From Acetobacter fabarum (GTDB taxonomy: Bacteria; Pseudomonadota; Alphaproteobacteria; Acetobacterales; Acetobacteraceae), in NCBI RefSeq assembly GCF_011516925.1, contig NZ_WOTG01000004.1, positions 58,894-90,893 on the forward strand: a stretch of 32,000 bases of DNA, in the 5' to 3' direction. The position numbers were made by a program, and so were the translations under genes. The notes below the pieces were generated by a model. The model saw nothing but the letters and a program-made list of their open reading frames with translations. It searched no databases and had not been told where the DNA came from. Shown one piece after another: positions 9,111 through 18,170 of this stretch. The stretch's first letter is position 1. Each line of letters begins with the position of its first letter.

Positions 9111-9135
9111 CCCCCTCTTCAACCGAAGAAGGGGG
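9111..9135 (-). terminator. second hairpin immediately 3' of the helicase gene
   Basis: CCCCCTCTTC-AACC-GAAGAAGGGGG is an imperfect 10-11-bp stem 9 nt after the helicase stop. On the minus strand it is followed by the A/T-flanked terminator above. Confidence 0.5.
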
Positions 9136-9143
9136 CGCGCAAT

Positions 9144-10907
9144 TTACTTGCGCTTGCGGGAGGATGCACCGCTTTTGCCAGCCGGTGGGCCTTTGCGGTC
9201 AAAATTGGCACGGCCTTTTGGCGGGCCACGGCGTTCGCCAAACGGGGGGCGGCCACCACCTGCACCAGACGGACCTTTGCGGGGTGCTGTTGCGGGTTCC
9301 ACGGTCATTTCATCCGCATCGGCAGCGGCTGCGCAGGCGGCAAAGCGCTCGGCCTTGTCCTGTGCGATTTCAACCAGCGTGTGGTCGTTTACAATGCGGA
9401 TTGCACCAATATCCTGCTTTTTAATGCCGCCCAGACGGCACAGAACAGGCACCAGCCATTTGGGGTCTGCCCGGTCTGCCCGGCCGACGGAAAGGCGGAA
9501 CCAGCTCCCGTTCATGTCGGGTGCGCGTTCACGCGGCTCACGCGGGGGGGCGTTTTCGTCCCGTGGGCCGCGGGTGCGGGTGGCGTCAGGCGTAATCACG
9601 CGCAGCTGTGCGGGTTCGGGCAGGCTTTTGCGCCACAGGCCCACAAGGGCGGTGGCAAGCTGCTCAGGCGTATGCTCGGCCACAAGGCGTGCGGTGAGCG
9701 CCTGAATGTTCTCGTTCTCCGAAGGGGGGAGCGAGAGGAAGTGCGCGCCCAGAAGGCGCTCGGCATCGGCCTCGGCAATGGCCTGTGGGGTGGGGGCACC
9801 GCTCCATTCTGCCGTAACCTTGGCGGCCTGTAGCAGGCGTTCGGCCAGACGGCGGCGTGAGGGCGGAACCAGCAGAACACAGGTGCCCTTTTTGCCCGCA
9901 CGGCCCGTACGGCCCGAGCGATGCAGCAGGGTAGCCGGGTTGGACGGCAGGCTGGCATGGATAACCAGCCCGAGGTCCGGAATATCAATGCCGCGTGCGG
10001 CCACGTCGGTTGCCACGCAAACGCGGGCCTGACCGTGGCGCAGGCTTTCAATGGCGCGGGTGCGCTCGTTCTGGCCCAGATCGCCCGAAATGGCGACAGA
10101 GGCAAAACCGCGCTCGGTCAGAATGCTCTGGAGTTGGCGCACGGCCTCACGCGTGTGGCAGAACACAATGGCAGAGGGTGATTCAATCAGGCGCAGCACG
10201 TTAACCACGGCGCGGGCCATGTCGCCCTGATCCACCAGTACGCCACGGTAGGTAATGTCGGTATGGGCGGCGTTGGGGCCAACCGTATCCACCCGCAGGG
10301 CATCATGCTGGTAGCGCTTGGCAAGGCCTGCAATTTCCCGCGCAATGGTGGCGGAGAACAGCAGGGTACGGCGGTCCTTGGGGGTGGCGTCCAGCAGGGT
10401 TTCCAGCTCATCGCGGAAGCCGAGGTCGAGCATTTCGTCTGCTTCGTCCAGCACGGCGGCCTTGAGCTGTGACAGGTCGAGGTTACCGCGCTTGAGGTGG
10501 TCGCACAGGCGGCCGGGCGTGCCTACAACAATGTGGCAGCCAGCGGACAGGTGGCGGGCTTCTGTGCGGGGTTCCATCCCCCCTACGCAGGACACGATCC
10601 GTGCGCCGGTTTTGGCATAGAGCCATTCCAGCTCGCTGCGGACCTGAAGAGCCAGCTCGCGCGTGGGGGCAATGACCAGCGCCATTGGTGCGCCAGCAGG
10701 GCCGCAGCGGTCCGCGCCGTTAAGGAGTGTATCTGCAAGGGAAAGGCCGAAGGCGACCGTTTTGCCCGAGCCTGTGCGGGCGGAAACCAGAAGGTCGCGG
10801 CCTTTGGCGTCATCCGCCAGAATGGCGGCCTGAACAGAGGTCGGGGCTTCAAACCCGCGCGCGGCCAGAGCCTGGGCGAGCGGGGCGGGAGCATTTTGGA
10901 AAGGCAT
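9144..10907 (-). CDS. DEAD-box ATP-dependent RNA helicase with DbpA-type RNA-binding C-terminal domain and Gly/Arg/Pro-rich tail
   Basis: Q-motif region (FEAPTSVQ), motif I ARTGSGKT, motif II VLDEADEML, motif III SAT and motif VI HRSGRTGRAG are present. The C-terminal WFRLSVGRADRADPKWLVPVLCRLGG matches the DbpA fold type. The first ATG is at 10907; 10925 is a TTG. Confidence 0.92.
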   Translation of the reverse strand: MPFQNAPAPLAQALAARGFEAPTSVQAAILADDAKGRDLLVSARTGSGKTVAFGLSLADTLLNGADRCGPAGAPMALVIAPTRELALQVRSELEWLYAKTGARIVSCVGGMEPRTEARHLSAGCHIVVGTPGRLCDHLKRGNLDLSQLKAAVLDEADEMLDLGFRDELETLLDATPKDRRTLLFSATIAREIAGLAKRYQHDALRVDTVGPNAAHTDITYRGVLVDQGDMARAVVNVLRLIESPSAIVFCHTREAVRQLQSILTERGFASVAISGDLGQNERTRAIESLRHGQARVCVATDVAARGIDIPDLGLVIHASLPSNPATLLHRSGRTGRAGKKGTCVLLVPPSRRRLAERLLQAAKVTAEWSGAPTPQAIAEADAERLLGAHFLSLPPSENENIQALTARLVAEHTPEQLATALVGLWRKSLPEPAQLRVITPDATRTRGPRDENAPPREPRERAPDMNGSWFRLSVGRADRADPKWLVPVLCRLGGIKKQDIGAIRIVNDHTLVEIAQDKAERFAACAAAADADEMTVEPATAPRKGPSGAGGGRPPFGERRGPPKGRANFDRKGPPAGKSGASSRKRK

Positions 10908-11033
10908 ATAAAGAGGTCCAGACAAACAGGTATGAGAGAGGGAATAAAGCGTCCTGTCCGGAAAGACCTCTCTCTCGTGTCGGGGGGATGTACTGCTGAC
11001 CCGCAGTGCCCCGGCAACCTGTAAAAGACATCC

Positions 11034-12941
11034 TTACTGGAAGGGTAGGTAACGGAAATCCATAAAGAGTTCGCTCAGGCTGGTGTCTGGCGCGCCACCG
11101 TTGCCCTCCCACGCATGAATGCGCGAATAGGCAAGCTGCACACCAGCTTCCACCGTACCATAACGGCCTTTAAGGAAACGATACCACGCTCCGATTGTGG
11201 CTTCCATAACACTATGGATGTTACTGCCAGCCGCACAATTACCACTCAGCTCGGTATAGCACCCCGTGTTGTTATAGGCAGGGTTGCCGTAACCGTAGGC
11301 TTGACCACCTTCCGAGAAGTAGCTGCGACCGGCCTGTTGGTAGCCAAAATAGCCATACACGTCAATGAGCGGGTTGGGGTGAGCGATAATTCCCGCCGTG
11401 CCCTGTAGGGAGAACAGGGGCGAGGGCGCACCATTGGCCCTGAGCGTGGCATCGGGCAGCAGCACGGAGCCGTAGCGGCCAATGCCATAACCCGCCAGCC
11501 CCGCCAGCCGTACTTCCACCTTGTGCGGAATAACCGGCAGAATCATGGACCCGCCGCCACCACCGCCCACGGCGGTATGGTTTTTGCCCGCCCCAAGGGT
11601 GGAAACACGGTCATGCGGGAAGTGGAGAATCCCCTCCACTTCGTAATGGCCCCAGTGCGGGTCCCAGGCGATCTTGCCGATCACATCAGGGGCAATTTCG
11701 TTGGGGAACAGGGCGTCGTTGGTCAGGCCTGTGCCGCTGGAGCCCACGGTAACGGTCTGCCCGCCGGGCATGATCACCTGCCCGTCCGATGTGCCGTTGC
11801 GGAAGGAGTTGGTGCTGTACAGTGTTGCCGAGTTTTCAATCGAAAGGCCGGTCCACAGGCGGTGGCTCAGGAAGTCCTTTACAAAGCGGAACTGGAGCTG
11901 CCGCGCCCATGTCTGCCCTGCCAGCATGGAGGATTCTATGGTTTCAGGCAGGCTTTCCTGTCGGGGGATAATCCCTACGCGGCCGGGGGTGAGCATGCTC
12001 CACGCCTGCCCGGCAAGGAAGTGGAAGTTCTCCTTGCTGTTGTCATATGCAAGGTAGGCCTGACGCATGCGGAAGGCGTAGCTGTTGCTCTCATACGCAT
12101 CGGTGGTGGCGGCACCTGCGCCAAAGTCCATTTCGAACACGCCGGAAATGGTGGAGTATTTGTCAATATTCCCACGAGCCATAAGCGAGAGGCGGCTGTA
12201 ACGCGCGCTGCCCTCAAAGTTGTCGGTATGGTAGCGCGGTTCGTTCTTGAATGGTGTGTCCTGCCAGAAGTTGAAGGTGCCGCTGGCGGTGTGGCGGTTG
12301 CTCTCCACGGCCGAGGCATCAATAAACCCACCAAGGATCAGGGTAACGGGGCCGATGTGGAATACGCCGTGGTCACCCAGTGCGCCTGCCGCCTGTGCGC
12401 CCGCCGTTTCGCGCGAGTGGGGGCCAACGCCGTTTTCCGCCAGGCGGGAGATCACGTCTTCCGCGCGGTGGCCAACAACGGATTCTACGGTTGGGATGTC
12501 ATCCGCGCTGCCAAATACGGGCTGGGCGTCCGGGCCGCCGGTATGGAAGTGCCCGCTGCCGCCAAGGTGGTGGACTCCGGGTTCTTCCTCATGGTCGGCG
12601 GAGTGTACGGCAATGCCGGCCTCGCGGTCGGCGTCATCCATGCTGGCAATCTGGTGGGTGGCCAGTCCGTGATGGGCCGCGGCACTCCCCGCATGGGCAA
12701 CCGAGCGGTGCGCGGCAATCTGCTTTTGCACGCTTACCAGAGCTTTCTGCAAAGCCCGCTGTTCGGACTGGATGCGCGTAATCTGCTGTTCCAGCGCATC
12801 AAGCGCGGCTTCGTCCCCTGCGGCCATGGCTGGCGTGCCAAGGCACAGCAGCAGCGGGCCGGAGGCCAGCATTGTGCCCATACACAGGCTGGCTTTCATG
12901 CAGTGCGCCCAAGAGGCGTGCAGGGACTTAAAGATGCGCAT
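11034..12941 (-). CDS. outer-membrane beta-barrel porin with N-terminal coiled coil (DcaP-like architecture)
   Basis: Signal-like segment MKASLCMGTMLASGPLLLCLGTPAMAAG, then a heptad-like segment ALDALEQQITRIQSEQRALQKALVSVQKQIAA, then a His-rich linker. The long C-terminal part has alternating amphipathic strands and aromatic girdles (RMRQAYLAYDN, FLAGQAWSMLTP) and ends ...DFRYLPFQ. The start is ambiguous: ATG at 12941 or 12899, TTG at 12962. Confidence 0.75.
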   Translation of the reverse strand: MRIFKSLHASWAHCMKASLCMGTMLASGPLLLCLGTPAMAAGDEAALDALEQQITRIQSEQRALQKALVSVQKQIAAHRSVAHAGSAAAHHGLATHQIASMDDADREAGIAVHSADHEEEPGVHHLGGSGHFHTGGPDAQPVFGSADDIPTVESVVGHRAEDVISRLAENGVGPHSRETAGAQAAGALGDHGVFHIGPVTLILGGFIDASAVESNRHTASGTFNFWQDTPFKNEPRYHTDNFEGSARYSRLSLMARGNIDKYSTISGVFEMDFGAGAATTDAYESNSYAFRMRQAYLAYDNSKENFHFLAGQAWSMLTPGRVGIIPRQESLPETIESSMLAGQTWARQLQFRFVKDFLSHRLWTGLSIENSATLYSTNSFRNGTSDGQVIMPGGQTVTVGSSGTGLTNDALFPNEIAPDVIGKIAWDPHWGHYEVEGILHFPHDRVSTLGAGKNHTAVGGGGGGSMILPVIPHKVEVRLAGLAGYGIGRYGSVLLPDATLRANGAPSPLFSLQGTAGIIAHPNPLIDVYGYFGYQQAGRSYFSEGGQAYGYGNPAYNNTGCYTELSGNCAAGSNIHSVMEATIGAWYRFLKGRYGTVEAGVQLAYSRIHAWEGNGGAPDTSLSELFMDFRYLPFQ

Positions 12942-13119
12942 GCTCTCTTCATTTTCTGGCAAGTGTTACGCGGGAACCTGTTTTGATCAGAACCATTTTA
13001 GCCCCCCCTTAGTAAAGAGAGACATGCTTAAAAAATAATTTCAGAACAAACGCGCTTGCCGTTAAAGAAGGCGCAATAGAGTTTGAAAAAAACAGAGCAT
13101 TGGGGAAAAGGAAGTCTTT

Positions 13120-13521
13120 ATGGCCAGAATGATCCACAGCATGCTGCGTGTGCTGGATGAACAGAAATCTGTCGCCTTCTACGCTAATACGCTGGGGCTT
13201 GCCCCGGTCGGGCGCTTTGAGTTTGACAGTTTTACACTGGTCTATCTGGCCAATGACGAGCAGAGTTTTGAGCTGGAACTCACCATCAACCACGGCCGCA
13301 CGGAGCCTTATGCTCTGGGGGATGGCTATGGGCATCTGGCAGTTTCGGTGGCGGATGTGGTGGCCGAGCATGCGCGCATGCACGCAGCAGGCCACCCGGT
13401 TACGCCGGTTAAAACCCTGCAGCACGAGGGCACGGTGATCGGGCAGTTCTTCTTCCTGACCGACCCGGACGGCTATAAGATCGAGGTGCTCCAGCGCGGC
13501 GCGCCGGGCCGCTTTATCTAA
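13120..13521 (+). CDS. gloA: lactoylglutathione lyase (glyoxalase I), VOC family
   Basis: Collinear with E. coli GloA as I recall it: [15 protein letters not shown]...[25 protein letters not shown]. The ATG is preceded by AAAAGGAAG. Confidence 0.85.
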   Translation: MARMIHSMLRVLDEQKSVAFYANTLGLAPVGRFEFDSFTLVYLANDEQSFELELTINHGRTEPYALGDGYGHLAVSVADVVAEHARMHAAGHPVTPVKTLQHEGTVIGQFFFLTDPDGYKIEVLQRGAPGRFI

Positions 13522-13648
13522 CCCCACCCGGCGCATACAGGCCGGGACAGCAGGGGCCGCGCCATGCTATGCCTTACGGGCCAGTACAGCGCCTACCCGT
13601 GCGGGTGGGGCATGGCATCCCGGTCTGAATTGGCATATAAGGCGCGCA

Positions 13649-14464
13649 ATGCTGACCTCTTTTTACAAAATGCACGGTCTGGGGAATGATTTTGTCATCC
13701 TCGACGAGCGGACGGGCGACCTGCCCCTTACCCCCGGCCGCATTGCAGCTCTGGCGCACCGCCGCCGGGGTATTGGCTGCGACCAGCTTGTAACCCTGCG
13801 CGCGCCTACGGCGGATGGGGCAGATGTGCTTGTGCGCTTTTTCAACCCCGACGGGTCGGAGGCCGGGGCCTGCGGCAATGCCTCGCGCTGTGTGGCCGAT
13901 CTTGTGTGGCGCTGTAGCGGTAATGCAACACCTGTGCTGCAAACCCGCGCAGGCGTGCTGCCCACCAGCAGAACCCCCGACGGGCTGATTACGGTGGACA
14001 TGGGCGCTCCACGCACCCACTGGCAGGATGTGCCACTGGCCATGGCGGTGGATACACTGCACCTGCCCTTGCCGGGTGATCCGGCGGCGGCTTCCATGGG
14101 CAATCCGCACGCCACGTTTTTTGTTTCCGATTTTGGTATGGTGGCGCAGGGGCATGCCTTAGAGCACGACCCCATTTTTCCCGAACGTGCCAATATCGGT
14201 TTTGCCCGCATGGACGGGCCGCACCACATGCGCCTGAAGGTGCATGAACGGGGTGCCGGCGTGACCGAGGCCTGCGGGTCCGGTGCATGTGCCGCCGTGG
14301 TCAATGCCGTGCGGCGTGGCCTTGCCGCACGGACCTGCACGGTGGAGCTGGATGGCGGCACCCTGCACATTGTCTGGTCCGAGCAGACGGGCCATGTACT
14401 CATGACCGGCTCCGTCACCACAGCTTTTGAAGGGACGGTCGATCTGGCCGCCTATCCATCATGA
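13649..14464 (+). CDS. dapF: diaminopimelate epimerase
   Basis: N-terminal [15 protein letters not shown], with both catalytic Cys contexts (GNASRC and EACGSGACA). The stop overlaps the mtaB ATG (ATGA). Confidence 0.93.
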   Translation: MLTSFYKMHGLGNDFVILDERTGDLPLTPGRIAALAHRRRGIGCDQLVTLRAPTADGADVLVRFFNPDGSEAGACGNASRCVADLVWRCSGNATPVLQTRAGVLPTSRTPDGLITVDMGAPRTHWQDVPLAMAVDTLHLPLPGDPAAASMGNPHATFFVSDFGMVAQGHALEHDPIFPERANIGFARMDGPHHMRLKVHERGAGVTEACGSGACAAVVNAVRRGLAARTCTVELDGGTLHIVWSEQTGHVLMTGSVTTAFEGTVDLAAYPS

Positions 14465-15708
14465 CCACCCGGCCAGAAATCCTGACCTTCGGCTGCCGCC
14501 TGAACACGTGGGAGAGCGAGGTCATGCGGGACCACGCGCAGGGGCTGGGCAATGTGATCATTGTCAACACCTGCGCGGTTACGGGGGAGGCGGAGCGGCA
14601 GGCAAGGCAGGCCATCCGCCGCGCACATCGTGAAAACCCCGATGCCCGCATTGTCGTGACCGGCTGCGCCGCCCAGATCCACCCCGAAAACTGGTCCACC
14701 CTGCCCGGCGTGACCCGCGTGCTGGGGAATGAGGAAAAACTGAAGGCCGAAAGCTGGTCCCCCGCGGCACTGGCCGAGCCTGTAGCCGTATCCGACATTA
14801 TGGCTGCAAGGGAAACGGCAGCCCATCTGGTCACCGAGTTTGCAGGCCGCACCCGTGCGTTTGTGCAGGTTCAGCAGGGGTGCGACCACCGCTGTACCTT
14901 CTGCATCATTCCCTTCGGGCGCGGGCCTTCGCGCTCCGTGCCGGTTGGGGCCGTGGTGGAGCAGGTGCGCGCACTGGTGGGGGCTGGCTACCGTGAGGTG
15001 GTGCTGACCGGGGTGGACATGACCTCCTGGGGCACGGACCTGCCGGGCAAGCCCGTGCTGGGGCAGTTATGCCGCCGTGTGCTGCGGCTGGTGCCCGAGC
15101 TGGAGCGGCTGCGCCTGTCCTCGGTCGATCCGGTGGAAATTGATGAGGACATCTGGCAGCTGCTGGAGGCCGAGCCCCGGTTCATGCCGTATCTGCACCT
15201 TTCCCTACAGGCCGGGGCGGACCTTATTCTCAAACGCATGAAGCGCCGCCATCTGGTGGAAGATGCCGCCCATGTTGTGGCGCGTGCCAGAAGCCTGCGG
15301 CCCGATATTGGCATTGGTGCCGACCTTATTGCCGGGTTCCCCACCGAGGATGACGCCCTGTTCGAGCAGACGCGCGCCTTTGTGGCAGACATGGCGCTGC
15401 CTTACCTGCATGTGTTCCCCTACAGCGAGCGTGAGGGAACCCCGGCAGCGCGCATGCGTGCGGTGCCCGTGCCCCAGCGCAAGGCGCGTGCAGCGGCCCT
15501 GCGTGCGGTGGGGGCCGCATCTGCGGCGCGGTACTATGCCAGCCTGCTGGGCCAGCCCCAGCGTGTGCTGATGGAAACCCCCACAACAGGACATAGCGAG
15601 CAGTTTGCACCCGTCCGCCTGAGCGGGGCCGAAGCCTCGGTCGGGGATATTCTCTCCCTTCTGCCCATCGCGGTGGAAGAGGGCGGACTGGTGGCGGAAA
15701 GGATCTAG
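14461..15708 (+). CDS. mtaB: radical-SAM methylthiotransferase, MiaB-like (MtaB type)
   Basis: N-terminal UPF0004 Cys triad region (FGCRLN..., NTCAVT, VTGC), a radical-SAM CxxxCxxC ([12 protein letters not shown]) and a C-terminal TRAM-like segment. The dapF-mtaB-ftsY order is typical of alphaproteobacteria. Confidence 0.85.
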   Translation: MTTRPEILTFGCRLNTWESEVMRDHAQGLGNVIIVNTCAVTGEAERQARQAIRRAHRENPDARIVVTGCAAQIHPENWSTLPGVTRVLGNEEKLKAESWSPAALAEPVAVSDIMAARETAAHLVTEFAGRTRAFVQVQQGCDHRCTFCIIPFGRGPSRSVPVGAVVEQVRALVGAGYREVVLTGVDMTSWGTDLPGKPVLGQLCRRVLRLVPELERLRLSSVDPVEIDEDIWQLLEAEPRFMPYLHLSLQAGADLILKRMKRRHLVEDAAHVVARARSLRPDIGIGADLIAGFPTEDDALFEQTRAFVADMALPYLHVFPYSEREGTPAARMRAVPVPQRKARAAALRAVGAASAARYYASLLGQPQRVLMETPTTGHSEQFAPVRLSGAEASVGDILSLLPIAVEEGGLVAERI

Positions 15709-15709
15709 A

Positions 15710-16639
15710 ATGGCGCTTGGTTTTTTCTCTCGTCTCAAGGAGGGGCTGTCTCGCTCCACCCAAAAGCTGGGTGGCGGGCTTACGGGTATTTTTACCCGCC
15801 GCAAACTGGATGACGAGGCGCTGGAGGAACTGGAGGAACTGCTCATTACCGCAGACCTTGGCCCCGGCGTTGCGGAAAAGGTGATTGAGACTTTTCGATC
15901 CAGCCGCTTTGGTACCGAAGTCACGGATGAGGAAATCCGGCTGGCTCTGGCCGAAGAAATTGCCCGGATTCTGGAGCCGGTAGCCGTACCGTTTACCCCC
16001 GACCCCGCCCACAAACCGCACGTGGTGCTGGTTGTGGGGGTTAATGGCGTGGGCAAAACAACCACCATTGGCAAAATGGCCCGCTTTTTTTCCGCTCAGG
16101 GCAGCAAGGTCATGATGGTGGCGGGCGATACGTTCCGTGCCGCAGCCGTAGAGCAGCTCCAGATCTGGGGCGAGCGCACGGGCTGCCCGGTTATTGCTGG
16201 CCCCCCCGGGGCTGATGCCGCAGGCCTTGCATACGAAGCGCTCAAGCGTGGCAAGGCCGAAGGGGCGGACCTTGTGTTCGTGGATACGGCCGGCCGCCTG
16301 CACAACAAGTCGGCGCTGATGGAAGAGCTGGCAAAAATTATTCGCGTCATGCGCAAGTTTGATGAAAGTGCCCCCCATTCGGTCCTGCTGGTGCTGGATG
16401 CCACAACGGGGCAGAACGCCGTGGAGCAGGTGCGGGTTTTTCGCGAACTTGTGAACGTGAGCGGGCTGGTCGTGACCAAACTGGATGGCTCGGCACGTGG
16501 TGGTATTGTGGTCGCACTGGCCGATGGGTTCGGCCTGCCGGTGCATGCCGTTGGCGTGGGCGAACAGGTAGAGGATCTGCGGCCTTTTTCCGCTATGGAC
16601 TACGCGCGCGGGCTGGTTGGCCTGCCCGGAACAGAGTGA
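15710..16639 (+). CDS. ftsY: signal recognition particle receptor FtsY (short form)
   Basis: SRP-GTPase NG domain with G1 GVNGVGKTTTIGK, G3 DTAGR and G4 TKLDG. Starts 1 nt after the mtaB stop. Confidence 0.93.
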   Translation: MALGFFSRLKEGLSRSTQKLGGGLTGIFTRRKLDDEALEELEELLITADLGPGVAEKVIETFRSSRFGTEVTDEEIRLALAEEIARILEPVAVPFTPDPAHKPHVVLVVGVNGVGKTTTIGKMARFFSAQGSKVMMVAGDTFRAAAVEQLQIWGERTGCPVIAGPPGADAAGLAYEALKRGKAEGADLVFVDTAGRLHNKSALMEELAKIIRVMRKFDESAPHSVLLVLDATTGQNAVEQVRVFRELVNVSGLVVTKLDGSARGGIVVALADGFGLPVHAVGVGEQVEDLRPFSAMDYARGLVGLPGTE

Positions 16640-16700
16640 TCGGCGGGGTGGCGCAAATGCTGCGGAGCAATATTTTGGCCCATAAGCCTGCTAAGGTTTC

Positions 16701-16729
16701 TTGACAGGATATGGCAGCCCCGTTAGCAA
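16701..16729 (+). promoter_or_regulatory. candidate sigma70-type promoter of the F0 operon
   Basis: Perfect -35 TTGACA (16701-16706), a 17-nt spacer, then a weak -10 TAGCAA (16724-16729), about 30 nt upstream of atpI. Pattern match only. Confidence 0.35.
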
Positions 16730-16759
16730 GCGCCTGCACCCCCTTGGGAGGTGCGAGGT

Positions 16760-17065
16760 ATGTGTAAGGAAAAAGACGATTCCTTCAACGCCAGATTGCA
16801 GTCGGCAGAGCGCCGCTACGGTCTGGTCAAGGAGGAAAAACCTCAGGTTGATGCAAACATGGAGGCCGACAGGTCTCTGGCTGCATTGGCGTTCAGAGCC
16901 GGGACAGAAATGCTCGCGGGGCTGATTGTAGGGGTTGCCATAGGGTGGGGGCTGGATCACTGGCTCCATACCCGGGCGTTGTTCCTTGTCATCTTTGCAC
17001 TTTTGGGCGGTAGCGCCGGAATGCTGAATGTTTGGCGTCTGGTCAGGACGATGGACGTAAAGTAA
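16760..17065 (+). CDS. atpI: AtpZ/AtpI family ATP synthase protein I
   Basis: Small protein with two C-terminal TM helices (LAGLIVGVAIGWGLDHWL; ALFLVIFALLGGSAGMLNVW) directly upstream of atpB. The ATG at 16760 lies 8 nt after GGGAGG; the track start at 16751 is a GTG. Confidence 0.8.
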   Translation: MCKEKDDSFNARLQSAERRYGLVKEEKPQVDANMEADRSLAALAFRAGTEMLAGLIVGVAIGWGLDHWLHTRALFLVIFALLGGSAGMLNVWRLVRTMDVK

Positions 17066-17115
17066 GAAGCTGAAGCCCGGATATTCGATTCGGGGCAAGG
17101 TCTAGGAGAGCGGTT

Positions 17116-17865
17116 GTGGCGGGCGGTTCCAGCATTAACGTACTTGAACAGTTTGAGCTCCACCCCGTTCTTGGTGGGCTGGGCGAGGCCCTGCGCTTCA
17201 GCCAGTCTCCGCTGTACATGATCGCGGCAGTCTGCCTTGTTCTTGCGTTCCTGTATTTTGGCATGCGCCCCGCAGCAGTTGTACCCGGCCGGCTTCAGGC
17301 CGCAGCCGAGGTCTGCTACGAGTTCATTCATAACATGGCCGTGGATACGATCGGGCCGGAAGGTGCAGCCTTCTTCCCGTTCATCTTCACCCTGTTCTTC
17401 TTCATTCTGGCGGGGAACTACATCGGCCTTCTGCCGTTCTCCTTCACCTTTACCAGCCATATTGCTGTCACCTTCGCCATGGCGTTCATGGTGTTCCTGC
17501 TGACGGTTGTTGTGTCGCTCAAGGTGCAGGGCCTGCGGTTTTTCGCCCACTTCATGCCGGACGGCGCCAGCCCCTTTCTGGCGCCCCTGCTGATCCCGAT
17601 CGAGATTCTCTCGTTCCTTTCCCGCCCGGTCAGCCTGTCCATTCGACTGTTCGCCAACATGGTTGCCGGGCACGTCATGTTCGATATTTTCGCAAGCTTT
17701 GTTGTCATGCTCGCCGGTTTTGGCGTAGTGGGTGACGTGTTTGCGATCGGGCCCATCGCCATTAACGTGGCGCTTATGGCTCTTGAGTTGCTTGTTGGGG
17801 TATTGCAGGCCTACGTGTTTGCCATCCTGACGTGCATCTACCTGCGGGAGGCCGTGGCTCACTGA
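17116..17865 (+). CDS. atpB: F0F1 ATP synthase subunit a
   Basis: Contains the conserved essential Arg region LSIRLFANMVAGH and C-terminal LQAYVFAILTCIYL. The GTG start lies 7 nt after AGGAG. Confidence 0.95.
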   Translation: MAGGSSINVLEQFELHPVLGGLGEALRFSQSPLYMIAAVCLVLAFLYFGMRPAAVVPGRLQAAAEVCYEFIHNMAVDTIGPEGAAFFPFIFTLFFFILAGNYIGLLPFSFTFTSHIAVTFAMAFMVFLLTVVVSLKVQGLRFFAHFMPDGASPFLAPLLIPIEILSFLSRPVSLSIRLFANMVAGHVMFDIFASFVVMLAGFGVVGDVFAIGPIAINVALMALELLVGVLQAYVFAILTCIYLREAVAH

Positions 17866-17917
17866 GCTGCTTTGCCCGTTTCGTTTGAAACTGTCTTGAA
17901 ACAAGGAAGTGACTGAT

Positions 17918-18142
17918 ATGGACATCGCTGCAGCCCGGGAAATCGGTGCAGGTATCGCCGTTATCGCCCTCGCCGGCGTTGGTATCGGCCTCGGCAACAT
18001 CTTCTCCACGCTGGTCAGCAGCATTGCCCGTAACCCGGCGGCTCGCCCGCACGTGTTCGGTCTGGGCATGCTCGGCTTCGCACTGACAGAAGCTATCGCC
18101 CTGTTCGCGCTGCTGATCGCATTCCTGATCCTCTTCGTCTGA
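17918..18142 (+). CDS. atpE: F0F1 ATP synthase subunit c
   Basis: Hairpin proteolipid with loop ARNPAA and the proton-binding Glu in [20 protein letters not shown]. The ATG at 17918 lies 8 nt after AAGGAAG; the GTG at 17909 is less likely. Confidence 0.95.
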   Translation: MDIAAAREIGAGIAVIALAGVGIGLGNIFSTLVSSIARNPAARPHVFGLGMLGFALTEAIALFALLIAFLILFV

Positions 18143-18170
18143 GATCGGGAAAACAAGAGGAGACATTCCT

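Noticed and set aside
11523-12986. 487-aa plus-strand ORF covering most of the porin locus
   Set aside because: It is antisense to a gene with clear signal peptide, coiled-coil and beta-barrel features. Its translation is Gly/Ala/Arg/His-rich with no motifs, and its GC-rich third positions mirror the opposite strand. This is a typical high-GC shadow ORF.
15326-16546. 406-aa minus-strand ORF opposite mtaB and ftsY (and the similar 15205-16074 ORF)
   Set aside because: It is antisense to two strongly supported genes. The sequence is Arg/Pro/Gly/His-rich, and it has no RBS or start context.
16957-18156. 399-aa minus-strand ORF across atpI-atpB-atpE
   Set aside because: It is antisense to the F0 operon, whose products are unambiguous, and it crosses three intergenic regions on the other strand.
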